Positions 30,043 through 39,585 of a stretch of 64,000 nt of DNA are shown here, one piece after another; the first letter of the stretch is position 1; each line of letters opens with the position of its first letter. The DNA is taken from positions 22,808 to 86,807 of the forward strand of contig PKTF01000405.1 in assembly GCA_002869275.1 (NCBI GenBank), given 5' to 3'. The notes beneath the pieces were generated by a model. That model had not been told where the DNA came from. It was given only the letters and a program-made list of their open reading frames with translations, and searched no databases. This DNA is from Ignavibacteria bacterium. GTDB taxonomy: Bacteria > Bacteroidota > Ignavibacteria > SZUA-365. The position numbers and the translations under genes were made by a program.

Positions 30043-30689
30043 CAGGACTTCTCTCCCGCTTCATCGGAAGGCGAGTCGGCAGGATTCCCGTTTCGACGCG
30101 AACGAATCCATTTCACCGCCGCCCAGAGGAGGATCACGACGGCGATGACGATGCTGACAATCTTGCTGTAGGTCGCAAGATAGTCGCCGATTACTCGCCA
30201 GTTGTCACCGACCAGATATCCGAGGTAAATCAGAATACTGTTCCACAGAAGCGCGCTGCCCGCTGACAGCAGCGTTGTGACTGTGATGTTCATTTCCGAA
30301 ACGCCCGTGCAGAAACTGATGACAGCGCGGGTGCCGGCGAGGAAACGGTTTCCCACGACCACCCAGTAGCCGTAGCGTTTGAACCACTTTTGCACCTTGT
30401 GTACCAGGTCGAGGGAAATGAAAGGGATGCGTTCTTTTTCGAGAATGCGGTCACCGAACTGGTCTCCCAGCCAGTACATGCTCATGAAGCCGAGTGTGCT
30501 TCCCGTGGTGGCGAGTACGACGGTGAGGATGGCGTTCCCCTGTCCGAGAGCTACAAGCGATCCGGCGAAAACGACGATGACATCGCTCGGAAACGGTGGG
30601 AACAGGTTTTCGATATACGATATCGCAAACACAGCGACATAAATCCATGCGGGTGACAGCCCGGAAAGCGTTGCGACGAGGTCTTCCAT
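30042..30689 (-). CDS. dedA: DedA family membrane protein
   Basis: IENLFPPFPSD, GSTLG, RYG...GNRFLAGTR. Confidence 0.93.
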   Translation of the reverse strand: MEDLVATLSGLSPAWIYVAVFAISYIENLFPPFPSDVIVVFAGSLVALGQGNAILTVVLATTGSTLGFMSMYWLGDQFGDRILEKERIPFISLDLVHKVQKWFKRYGYWVVVGNRFLAGTRAVISFCTGVSEMNITVTTLLSAGSALLWNSILIYLGYLVGDNWRVIGDYLATYSKIVSIVIAVVILLWAAVKWIRSRRNGNPADSPSDEAGEKS

Positions 30690-30697
30690 TATTCCAG

Positions 30698-31189
30698 TCA
30701 GCTCCTCTTCGTCAGCAATACCATTGCATGCGCGTCAACGCCTTCTCCCCTGCCGACGAAGCCCATCGCTTCCCCTGTCGTGGCTTTCAGCGACACCTGT
30801 CCGGAATCGAGCTCCAATGCAGCGGCGATCGTGCTGCGCATGGCATCACGGTATGGAAGGACTTTCGGTCGTTCGAGCACGAGTGTGGCGTCGAGATTGG
30901 CAATTTCATATCCGCGCTCGCGAACCATGGCATGACAGCGCGCAAGCAAATCGAGGCTCGAGACGCCTCGCCAGGCAGGATCGGTATCCGGAAAATGTTC
31001 ACCGATGTCTCCAAGTGCGAGAGCGCCCAGCAGCGCGTCGCTGATTGCGTGCAGCAGCACGTCACCGTCTGAATGCGCTACCGTGCCGAAATTGGATGGA
31101 ATGGAGACGCCCCCGATGATGAGTGATTCACCTTCGGCGAGACGGTGGATATCATAGCCGTAGCCAATACGAAAAGGTGCGGTGCTCAC
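30698..31189 (-). CDS. ispF: 2-C-methyl-D-erythritol 2,4-cyclodiphosphate synthase
   Basis: RIGYGYDIH, HSDGDVLLHA, DIGEHFPD, KATTGE; GTG start overlaps the acyP stop. Confidence 0.97.
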   Translation of the reverse strand: MSTAPFRIGYGYDIHRLAEGESLIIGGVSIPSNFGTVAHSDGDVLLHAISDALLGALALGDIGEHFPDTDPAWRGVSSLDLLARCHAMVRERGYEIANLDATLVLERPKVLPYRDAMRSTIAAALELDSGQVSLKATTGEAMGFVGRGEGVDAHAMVLLTKRS

Positions 31190-31458
31190 AGGTGAATCTC
31201 GAAGCTGTGGTACATCTGCTCGTGCTCGATCCAATCGATGCGTAGATTTCGAACATGTGCCGAACGCGGACCGACACGTAATTCCTTGATGAAGTCGCCA
31301 AGCATGCCTTCTTCACCCTGTGCGACGATCTCGACATCTCCTGAAGAGGTGTTTCGCACAAAACCGTTGACTCCGAGGAGACGGGCGCGTTGCAGCGTGA
31401 AGTAGCGAAAACCGACGCCCTGGACCAAACCTGATATTCTGCACTGCAACGTTTTCAT
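31186..31458 (-). CDS. acyP: Acylphosphatase
   Basis: SGLVQGVGFR, GFVRN, GP motif in the last 90 aa of the 31186..31818 ORF. Confidence 0.94.
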   Translation of the reverse strand: MKTLQCRISGLVQGVGFRYFTLQRARLLGVNGFVRNTSSGDVEIVAQGEEGMLGDFIKELRVGPRSAHVRNLRIDWIEHEQMYHSFEIHL

Positions 31459-31624
31459 GACGATCACGGAAACATAAGGATTTTTCGCGAAAAGCGTTGC
31501 GGCGCTCCTTTTCCCCGACATCGAATCGCCGTGACCCTGCATGGAACAAGGGGTACGACAGCGGAGTTTCAGAACTCGGTCGCAGTATCTATCTTTCTCC
31601 TTTCTCGTAAAGAAACAGGATTTC

Positions 31625-33178
31625 ATGAGACGTCGAACATTTCTCCAGACAACAGCCGCGGCAGGAACGGCAGCACTGCTGCTTCCGGGACCGACACGGG
31701 GGCGCACGAGCACGACCGAGGAACAGGGCGTCGATTCCACCTGGCTCGAAGACGCCGTCAACAGCGCCATCGACCAGGGAGCCGAATACGCGGAAATTCT
31801 ATTTCGCGAAGACGCCACCGAGACGCTGCAGCTGAGAAAGGACAGGATGTATCAGGCGAGCGATGGTTTTCATTCGGGCATGACAATGCGCGTGTTTCGG
31901 AATGGAGCCTGGGGAAGCGCGTCTGTTTCTGAATGGAATCCCGGGAATCCCTCCGCCCTCGCTGCATCCGCACTTCGTTCGTCACGAATTATCGGAGGGA
32001 TACGCCGGCAGGAACTGGACCTGAGCAATCGTGTATCCGATGGAAAACACGAATGGTCCACCCCGATTAATCGGGATCCTTTCGCCGTCAGTTTTGAAGA
32101 AAAACATGATTTTCTGCTCTCACTCACCGAGAAGGCGACAAAAATTCAGCAGATTCCGTTTGCTGTGGCGAATCTCTTTCTCGTCCGTCGCCGGAGTGAA
32201 TTCATCAACTCCCTCGGTGCCGGGGTGCATCAGACGTTTCACTATACCTACCCGAATTTTGCCGTTACCGCGTTTCACCAGAAAAAACGTCGCATGGATT
32301 CCCGTTCAAGCGAACGCGAAGCCCAGGCCGCTGGCTGGGAAGTCACCGGCGAATCCTTCGACAGCGCGCTCGAGACGGCGATGCAGGAAGTGCTTCAATT
32401 GCAGACAGCTGAAGCTGTCACAGAGCAGCGCTATGATCTCGTCGTGCATCCAACCCTGCTGTGGGATCTGCTGTTTACGACATTGCTCCCTCACCTCGAC
32501 CCCTCCCGTTTGCTCGGGTTAGATGGCGCTCGTCCGGGCGACCGCTGGCTCAAACCCGAGGACCTCGGCCATAAACGCATCGGCTCGCCACTGCTCAATC
32601 TGCGGACGAATTCATCGCTCGCGCGTGGACTCGCTTCATGCGGCTGGGATGACAGCGGTCGCGCCGCAACTGATGTGCAGCTGCTCCGCGATGGCATTCC
32701 TCAGATGATTCCCGCATCCGATACGCTGCCTATTCCGGGTACGATCTCTACAATTCCGTTCTCGCGCAGCGCGCAATGGAATGCTCCTGCCGACGCAGCC
32801 ATGCCCAATATCGTGATGGACTCGGGTGAGCAGTCGCTTGCAGGGCTCGTCTCTTCGGTCGACACAGGGTTACTGGTGAAAGGACGTGGCACGGTCGTGC
32901 TGAATCCCGCCAAGACGCTGTTCCGTGTGCGTCCTCAGATGGCATGGATGATACGCGGAGGCAAGATCGCGGAAGTCGTACGCGGCGTGGAGATAGAGAC
33001 CAGCGTGGAGCAATTCTGGAACGCATTGGATGTCCTCGGCGGCAGCAATGAAGCGGTAACCTCCGGAGATTTATTCCCGTCACGCGCGCTGCCGATCTGG
33101 AGTGTCCCATTCTCCATTTCCGCGCCGCCGGCACTGTTCCGTGATATCCCCATCTACTCGGCGAAGGAGTCGTCATGA
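31625..33178 (+). CDS. tldD: TldD-family protein with Tat signal, degenerate active site
   Basis: MRRRTFLQ Tat signal; GAEYAEI, GAWGSAS, GWDDSG, MPNI, IRGGKIAE TldD-like motifs; no HExxxH. Confidence 0.85.
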   Translation: MRRRTFLQTTAAAGTAALLLPGPTRGRTSTTEEQGVDSTWLEDAVNSAIDQGAEYAEILFREDATETLQLRKDRMYQASDGFHSGMTMRVFRNGAWGSASVSEWNPGNPSALAASALRSSRIIGGIRRQELDLSNRVSDGKHEWSTPINRDPFAVSFEEKHDFLLSLTEKATKIQQIPFAVANLFLVRRRSEFINSLGAGVHQTFHYTYPNFAVTAFHQKKRRMDSRSSEREAQAAGWEVTGESFDSALETAMQEVLQLQTAEAVTEQRYDLVVHPTLLWDLLFTTLLPHLDPSRLLGLDGARPGDRWLKPEDLGHKRIGSPLLNLRTNSSLARGLASCGWDDSGRAATDVQLLRDGIPQMIPASDTLPIPGTISTIPFSRSAQWNAPADAAMPNIVMDSGEQSLAGLVSSVDTGLLVKGRGTVVLNPAKTLFRVRPQMAWMIRGGKIAEVVRGVEIETSVEQFWNALDVLGGSNEAVTSGDLFPSRALPIWSVPFSISAPPALFRDIPIYSAKESS

Positions 33179-34503
33179 ACGGTCTCGACCGATCCCGCAT
33201 TGAAGGTGCACTCGCAGCAGCCGTGCAATATTCCAGCGCGGATGAAGTGTTTGCCGTCCTGAGCAGTACGACCGGTGAAACGACGCGCATTGCCGATGGA
33301 ATCGTCGCATCTCCGCATGCGGCGACGGAGGCTGGAATGCAGATCACCTTACGTAAGGGAAACCGATATGGAAGCATTCATACGAACGAGCTGCAGCCGG
33401 ATGGAGTTCGGCGGGCGATGGATATCGCAGTCGCACAGTCCGCGATCATGCCGGAGGTGGAGCAGATCGTACCGTTCCCCTCTTCCATCGAGTTTGTCGA
33501 AGCCGCTTCCACTCATGCTTCTTCCAGGACCTCGCTCGATGGCTCCGAGCTTCTAAAGCGCCTCTCCGAGAGAGTGGAGAGCGCCGCCATTCGCCTGACA
33601 GGCAGTCTTGCTCTGTCGCACAATACCCTTTCCATAGCATCTTCCAACGGTCTGTTCCTTCATCACCCTTCCTCTTTCGTACATACACAGTTCAGGTTGT
33701 ATTCGAACGACGGCTGGAGCACGGGTTACTCCGAGCGTTTCGACGATGCGCTTTCCGAGGAAGAGGTGATCGCCTCTCTGGACGGTGCAGTCCAGAAGTG
33801 CCGTGCATGGCGTGACCCGGTGGAAATACAGCCGGGTCGTCACACCGTTGTACTTGAGCCCCGCGCTCTGGCTGACATGCTCAAACCCATGATGGAGCAA
33901 TTCTCGTCTCGCGCAGTCGAGGAAGGACGGAGTTTTCTGCGCAAGCTCGACGGTTCGAATTTTGTCGGCAGCAGGCTGTTCGATGAACAGATCACCCTGC
34001 GTTCAGATCCCCGCAACAAAGACTGCGCCTCCCTGCCCTTCACCATGGATGGGACGCCGGTTCCGTCCGCAACGTGGGTGCAGGGTGGTGTGATCGAACA
34101 GCTGGTCCTTGACCGCTATGAATCCGCAGCCTCGGGCGGCCTCCCAGTGCCTCCACCGACCAACCTGATTATGGAGGGTGGAGCTTCCACGATGGAGGAA
34201 CTCGTTTCCTCGATCGATAGAGGACTTCTTGTCACAGGATTTTCAGGTCTGCAGGTCATCGATCCGAGTAACTGCCTGCTGACGGGTTCAACGCGAGATG
34301 GACTGTTCCTCATCGAAGAGGGACGCATCAGCAAGGCGGTTCGCAACATCATCCTTCGCGAAACACCCGTCTACCTCATGAAAGAAGTCGAGGCACTTGG
34401 CGCCGTCGAGCGAACCTCGACGACGGGAAGCTTTTTCCCCATGCTTCTTCCTGCGATGCGAGTAAAAGATGTGCTGTTCGGCGGTTCAAGCGGAATGATT
34501 TGA
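33175..34503 (+). CDS. tldE: TldE/PmbA-family protein
   Basis: PGRHTVVLEPRAL, LLTGSTRDGLFLIEEG; ATGA-coupled to tldD. Confidence 0.88.
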   Translation: MNGLDRSRIEGALAAAVQYSSADEVFAVLSSTTGETTRIADGIVASPHAATEAGMQITLRKGNRYGSIHTNELQPDGVRRAMDIAVAQSAIMPEVEQIVPFPSSIEFVEAASTHASSRTSLDGSELLKRLSERVESAAIRLTGSLALSHNTLSIASSNGLFLHHPSSFVHTQFRLYSNDGWSTGYSERFDDALSEEEVIASLDGAVQKCRAWRDPVEIQPGRHTVVLEPRALADMLKPMMEQFSSRAVEEGRSFLRKLDGSNFVGSRLFDEQITLRSDPRNKDCASLPFTMDGTPVPSATWVQGGVIEQLVLDRYESAASGGLPVPPPTNLIMEGGASTMEELVSSIDRGLLVTGFSGLQVIDPSNCLLTGSTRDGLFLIEEGRISKAVRNIILRETPVYLMKEVEALGAVERTSTTGSFFPMLLPAMRVKDVLFGGSSGMI

Positions 34504-35391
34504 GCGGTATTTCGTCCGAAGCCCGTACAACTCTGAAAACATCAGTCCCCCAAACATCACGGCGGCTCCGAGTGCTTCGACCAGGGACATGATTTCCCCG
34601 AGGACGAAAAATGCGATCAGGGCCGCGAACACCGGTTCCATCGTGAAAATGATCGCCGCCTTCGTGGGTGTCGTCTCACGCTGGTATTTGGATTGCACGA
34701 AAATTGCGACCGTCGAAGCGAAAAAACTCAGGTACAGGATAGCTCCGACGGAAGGGAGAGTAAATGCCGTCTTAGCCGGTTCGAAAAACGGCCAGGCCGC
34801 AAAGCCGATGACCGCCGTTACGACGAACTGGTAGAACACGATCTCACGGTCAAAGTGCTCCTTGGTGAAGACATCCAGGTAGACGATGTAGAAGGCGAAT
34901 ACAATGGCGCAGAGAAACACCAGCAGGTCGCCGTAATTGAAATTTCCACCGGCCGGCGAGGTGAACATATACAGTCCCACACCAACGATGATCACTCCGA
35001 TCGTATTTCCGATGGAAGGTCGACGGCGCTCGATGACCAGCTGCAGCAACGGTGTGAATACTACCATGGTGCCTGTCAGAAATCCCGCCTTGGAAGCTGT
35101 AGTATGAACAAGGCCCACGGTCTGCAGGGCAAAGCCCAGACCGAGGAGAAAACCCAGCACGAGTCCGGCTCGCAGGGACCGGGGCGATGTTGTTTTGATG
35201 TCTTTCCATGTATACATTCCCACCATCAACGCCGCGACGAAGAAGCGGCTGCCCTGCAGCAGCATGGGCGAAAGATCCAGCAATGCGATTTTTGTCACCG
35301 AAAAGGTCGAACCCCAGATGAGCGTGATGGCAAGCAGATACCGGTCCGCACGAGGAAACAAAGCTGTCGTTGTTTTACTGTCGTTGCTCAT
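34486..35391 (-). CDS. EamA/DMT family transporter
   Basis: IWGSTF, QTVGL..TTASKAGF, EPVFAA; about 10 transmembrane segments. Confidence 0.93.
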   Translation of the reverse strand: MSNDSKTTTALFPRADRYLLAITLIWGSTFSVTKIALLDLSPMLLQGSRFFVAALMVGMYTWKDIKTTSPRSLRAGLVLGFLLGLGFALQTVGLVHTTASKAGFLTGTMVVFTPLLQLVIERRRPSIGNTIGVIIVGVGLYMFTSPAGGNFNYGDLLVFLCAIVFAFYIVYLDVFTKEHFDREIVFYQFVVTAVIGFAAWPFFEPAKTAFTLPSVGAILYLSFFASTVAIFVQSKYQRETTPTKAAIIFTMEPVFAALIAFFVLGEIMSLVEALGAAVMFGGLMFSELYGLRTKYRSNHSA

Positions 35392-35719
35392 GATGCTGAT
35401 GTATGCTTCGGCCTGCAGCGACGATAACGACGACCTGCTGCCGGACGAAACGTTTGAAATCCTTTACGGGGACGTATTGTTTTTAGGTGAACTTTATCGT
35501 GGTGATTCCACGCTGATTCGTCGAAGCATCGATTCATTGCTGCAGGCGCATGGCACGGATACGACGACGTTTTTCGCGACTGCTGAGACGTATGCACAGG
35601 ACCGGGAAAAGATGCAGCGTCTTTACAGCAAAACCATCGAGCGTTTTGAAAAGCTTTCGGGCAGTAACGATTCACTGCAGAACACGCGGGACATCGGTAC
35701 TCATCCTGAAGATTACTGA
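35327..35719 (+). CDS. Hypothetical lipoprotein (DUF4296-like helical protein)
   Basis: Basic N-region, hydrophobic stretch and lipobox YASA-C; 'LLPDETFEILYGD...IDSLLQAHG...F..T..Y' pattern; start uncertain (35318/35327). Confidence 0.65.
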   Translation: MASRYRSARGNKAVVVLLSLLMMLMYASACSDDNDDLLPDETFEILYGDVLFLGELYRGDSTLIRRSIDSLLQAHGTDTTTFFATAETYAQDREKMQRLYSKTIERFEKLSGSNDSLQNTRDIGTHPEDY

Positions 35720-35730
35720 CACCTCTGGTC

Positions 35731-37098
35731 CTACACTTCCCTCTCAAGTCCGTACTTGTTTATTTTTTTGTACAGATGGCTGCGCTGGATGCCGAGCTCT
35801 TCGGCGGTGCGGCTGACATTCCAATCGTATCTCTCCAACTGTCTCCGCAGAAACAGCATCTCGGCCTGATCCTTGAATTCCTGGAAGGTAGCGTCCATGG
35901 AAATCGTCGTTTCGAAATCGTCGGGACTGCCCACCACATAGCGTTCAACATCCTCCGGCAATATGCGTTCGGCGACCATGATGGCGAGACGTTCGACGGC
36001 ATTCCGCAGTTCACGGACATTGCCCGACCAGTTCATGTTTTGAAGCCTGGAGGCTGCATCCTTCGTGATACTGCGCGGGGGAAGCTTGTTCTTCCGGCAG
36101 GATTCATGGAGAAAGAATGTGATGAGATCCGGGATATCTTCACGACGTTCACGAAGCGGCGGAACGTGTATCGGGATCACGTTGAGCCGGTGGTACAGAT
36201 CTTCTCTGAAATTTCCTTCCTGGATTTCCGTGGCGAGTTCCTTGTTCGTCGCCGCAATGACGCGCACGTCCACGCTGACGCGTTTGTTTCCACCCACGCG
36301 TTCAAACGCGCCTTCTTCGAGTACGCGCAACACCTTTGCCTGCGCCGGGAGGCTCATGTCGCCGATCTCGTCCAGAAGCAGCGTGCCACCATCCGCCTGT
36401 TCAAACTTGCCGATGCGCTGTGAAGTAGCACCGGTGAACGCGCCCTTCTCGTGGCCGAACAGTTCGGATTCGATCAGCTCCTGAGGAATGGCGGCACAGT
36501 TGACTTCCACGAGCTCACGATCCGCTCGCGCACTCTGTCTGTGAATAGCCCGCGCGACAAGTTCCTTTCCCGTGCCGTTCTCGCCGGTAATCAGGACGTA
36601 CGCCTCGGTCGGTGCGACGCGACTGATCGTTTCCCGCAACGACTGCATCAGCCGGGACGTCCCCACCATGGTGTCCTGGCCTTCAATCTCCTCGCGCATG
36701 CGGAGGTTTTCCCGCAACAGAGACGTCTGCAGAATCGCATTGCGCAGTGTGATGAGAATCTTTTCGCGGTCGGGCGGTTTCGTCAGAAAATCGAACGCGC
36801 CTTTTTTCGTTGCTTCCACGGCAGTTTCTATCGTGCCGTGTCCGGTGAGCAATACTACCGGGATGTGCGGATGGGATGCCTGGAGGCGTTCGAGTGTCTC
36901 CATGCCGTCGAGACCGGACATTTTCACATCCAGGAGAATCGCATCGGGACGGATCTCGTCGATCAATTCGATGGCACGGATACCGCTCTCCACGTCCGCG
37001 ACTTCGTACTCTTCGTACTCGAGTGTCATCCTGAGCATGTCACGAATGCTCTGTTCGTCGTCCACGAGGAGGATTTTCCGTTTGCTGCTGGTACTCAT
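35731..37098 (-). CDS. Sigma-54-dependent response regulator (NtrC/NtrX family)
   Basis: Receiver domain (VDDE...LLD), GENGTGKE, GAFTGA, FREDLYHRLNV, C-terminal Fis HTH. Confidence 0.96.
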   Translation of the reverse strand: MSTSSKRKILLVDDEQSIRDMLRMTLEYEEYEVADVESGIRAIELIDEIRPDAILLDVKMSGLDGMETLERLQASHPHIPVVLLTGHGTIETAVEATKKGAFDFLTKPPDREKILITLRNAILQTSLLRENLRMREEIEGQDTMVGTSRLMQSLRETISRVAPTEAYVLITGENGTGKELVARAIHRQSARADRELVEVNCAAIPQELIESELFGHEKGAFTGATSQRIGKFEQADGGTLLLDEIGDMSLPAQAKVLRVLEEGAFERVGGNKRVSVDVRVIAATNKELATEIQEGNFREDLYHRLNVIPIHVPPLRERREDIPDLITFFLHESCRKNKLPPRSITKDAASRLQNMNWSGNVRELRNAVERLAIMVAERILPEDVERYVVGSPDDFETTISMDATFQEFKDQAEMLFLRRQLERYDWNVSRTAEELGIQRSHLYKKINKYGLEREV

Positions 37099-37817
37099 TT
37101 CGATGATCCGGATTTGAGTATGTCTGAAGGAAGCACGTTTTCCGCCTTCTGAAGCTGCCTGGCGAAAGCCGTGCCGAGCCTGTTGATCATGATGTCGCGA
37201 GGATCACGTGATCCTTCGAGCTTGAACACCGCCTCGCCGAACTCCAGCGCTTCGCCGGCAAAGAGACTCACGAGTTCGCTTCCGGTAGACAGCTGGAGCC
37301 AGGCAGACCCGAAGAAATGCGGGAGTTTGTCACGGTCCAGATACGATGGTGAATCGACAAACAGCTTTCCCGGCAGGGCCGCCATACGTTTCTCGAACAT
37401 TTCCCGGTTTTCTGTCGAAACCGGTACAGTGATTGTCAGCCCTGTCAGCGGAATCTGAGCGGGAAATGTATAATAAGGCAGTGTTGCTATCGCCAGTGCG
37501 AACAGGGCCTCGCGTGCATCACCGTCGGCAAGATACACCGCATGCTGATAAATCGCATCCAACCGCCGCAGGTCCTTTTCCCTGTCACGCGGCGAAAGTG
37601 CCTGCTGTCGCGAGATCCAGGCGCGCAGGTGGTACGCCGTCCTGAATTCTCGAGGTATGACAAGATCACGCAGAAACAGCCAGACCGTCTCAAGCGTTGT
37701 TTCTTCGTCGGCAGCGGCGTTCGTCAGGTATTCGCGCTCCGGGGAATGCTGTTGTCCCTGCAGTTGTGCGGCTGCCAATGTCAGCATGAGCAGCAGGCAG
37801 GCGATGCGCACCCACAT
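37095..37817 (-). CDS. Secreted hypothetical protein (DKxxHF motif)
   Basis: Signal peptide; DKLPHFFGSA...E...D.RD..IN..G; ATGA-coupled to the regulator. Confidence 0.7.
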   Translation of the reverse strand: MWVRIACLLLMLTLAAAQLQGQQHSPEREYLTNAAADEETTLETVWLFLRDLVIPREFRTAYHLRAWISRQQALSPRDREKDLRRLDAIYQHAVYLADGDAREALFALAIATLPYYTFPAQIPLTGLTITVPVSTENREMFEKRMAALPGKLFVDSPSYLDRDKLPHFFGSAWLQLSTGSELVSLFAGEALEFGEAVFKLEGSRDPRDIMINRLGTAFARQLQKAENVLPSDILKSGSSK

Positions 37818-37821
37818 GGCG

Positions 37822-39474
37822 CTACGTCTGAATCACGCCGGGATTGAACGGCGCGAATTCCGGATTGTTATCGGCGATGCTGATACAATGTGAGATAACG
37901 TCCCTGGTGTGCGCGGGATCTATGATGCCGTCCACCCACAATCGTGATGCAGCGTAATACGGACTCATCTGCGAAGCGTAGCGGTCCTGTATTGTGCGCA
38001 GCAGTTCCTGCTGTTCCTCTTCGGTAATTTCCTTGCCTTCCCTCTTCAGCTGCGAGATGCGGATTTCGAGAAGTGTTTTGCTCGCCTGCGCTCCGCCCAT
38101 GACGGCGATCTGTGCGCTGGGCCAGGAGAAAATGAAGCGCGGATCATATGCTTTTCCGCACATCGCGTAATTTCCCGCACCATAGCTGTTTCCCATGATG
38201 AACGTGATTTTGGGGACGATGGAATTTGCGACGGCGTTCACCATCTTGGCCCCATCCTTGATAATGCCCCCGTGTTCGGCTCTGCTTCCGATCATGAAGC
38301 CGGTAACGTCCTGCAGAAACACGAGCGGTATTTTCTTCTGATTGCAGTTGAGAATGAACCGTGTCGCTTTGTCCGCACTGTCGCTGTAGATCACGCCACC
38401 GATCTGCATTTCGCCTTTTCCATCCTTGACGATACTGCGCTGGTTCGCGACGATTCCCACCGCCCAGCCGTCCACACGCGCGTACGCGCACACGATGGAT
38501 CTGCCGTAATCGGACTTGTATTCCACAAGCTCGTTGTCATCGACGATGCAGGAGAGGACGTCACGCACATCATAGGGTTTCGCCCGGTCACTCGGGATGA
38601 TACCGTAGAGGTCTTCCGCGCGCCGCCGCGGCGCAACGGCTTCGATGCGGTTGAAATGGGCACGGTGGGTCGGACCGAGTTTCGATACGAGGTCTCGCAC
38701 GGTCTGCAGGGCCGTGGCATCATCGGGCATTCGATAGTCGGTGACGCCGGAGAGTTCGCTATGCACCTGTGCTCCGCCCAAAGCTTCGTTGTCGATTTCC
38801 TCTCCGATGGCCGCTTTCACCAGATGCGAACCCGCAAGGAAAACAGTTCCGGTTCCCTCGACGATGAGCGCCTCGTCACTCATGATGGGAAGGTAGGCCC
38901 CACCTGCGACGCAATAGCCCATGATCGCGGCGATCTGCGGAATACCCAGAGAGGACATGCGCGCATTATTCCGGAAGATCCTTCCAAAATGTTCTTTATC
39001 AGGGAAGATCTCATCCTGCATCGGGAGAAAGACCCCGGCGGAATCCACGAGATAAATAATCGGGAGGCGGTTCTCCATGGCGATTTCCTGCGCACGGAGA
39101 TTTTTCTTGGCCGTGATGGGGAACCATGCCCCTGCCTTTACCGTCGCGTCATTCGCAACGATGACGCAGTCTCGACCGTGGACCTTGCCGATGCCGAAAA
39201 CGGTTCCTGATGACGGCGCTCCGCCATATTCCTTGTACATATCCCATGCGGTGAAGAGACCGATTTCAAGAAACGGACTCCCTTCATCGAGGAGCGCGTC
39301 AATGCGTTCGCGGGCCGTCATCTTGCCGCGGGAATGGTGTTTTGCAATCGCTTTATCGCCACCGCCCTTGCGCACCTGTTCCTCCCGCGCCTGCATAATG
39401 CGCAGCAATGTCTTGAGCGCATCTTCATTTACATCGAAACTGGCGCCACCGGGCGTCTTCGCGCTTGTATCCAT
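37822..39474 (-). CDS. Acyl-CoA carboxylase carboxyltransferase (methylcrotonyl-CoA carboxylase beta-like)
   Basis: RGKMTARERI, NDATVKAG, VAGGAY, GNSYGAGNYAMCG, RLWVDGII. Confidence 0.93.
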   Translation of the reverse strand: MDTSAKTPGGASFDVNEDALKTLLRIMQAREEQVRKGGGDKAIAKHHSRGKMTARERIDALLDEGSPFLEIGLFTAWDMYKEYGGAPSSGTVFGIGKVHGRDCVIVANDATVKAGAWFPITAKKNLRAQEIAMENRLPIIYLVDSAGVFLPMQDEIFPDKEHFGRIFRNNARMSSLGIPQIAAIMGYCVAGGAYLPIMSDEALIVEGTGTVFLAGSHLVKAAIGEEIDNEALGGAQVHSELSGVTDYRMPDDATALQTVRDLVSKLGPTHRAHFNRIEAVAPRRRAEDLYGIIPSDRAKPYDVRDVLSCIVDDNELVEYKSDYGRSIVCAYARVDGWAVGIVANQRSIVKDGKGEMQIGGVIYSDSADKATRFILNCNQKKIPLVFLQDVTGFMIGSRAEHGGIIKDGAKMVNAVANSIVPKITFIMGNSYGAGNYAMCGKAYDPRFIFSWPSAQIAVMGGAQASKTLLEIRISQLKREGKEITEEEQQELLRTIQDRYASQMSPYYAASRLWVDGIIDPAHTRDVISHCISIADNNPEFAPFNPGVIQT

Positions 39475-39504
39475 GGTGTATTATCCTTGTACAACGTAGT
39501 GAGG

Positions 39505-39550
39505 AAAATACATTCTCCACGTTGCGGACACAAATGGGGCTCCGTATCTT
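39505..39550. promoter_or_regulatory. Overlapping back-to-back sigma70 promoters
   Basis: Minus strand TTGTGT-17-TATTTT (39533-39505); plus strand TTGCGG-17-TATCTT (39522-39550). Confidence 0.55.
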
Positions 39551-39585
39551 GGATACAACGATGTCTTCAGGTTTGGAACAACCGT

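Noticed and set aside
31482-31493. 12-bp palindrome TTTTCGCGAAAA between acyP and tldD
   Set aside because: Single short palindrome with no supporting promoter match or second copy seen; could be chance
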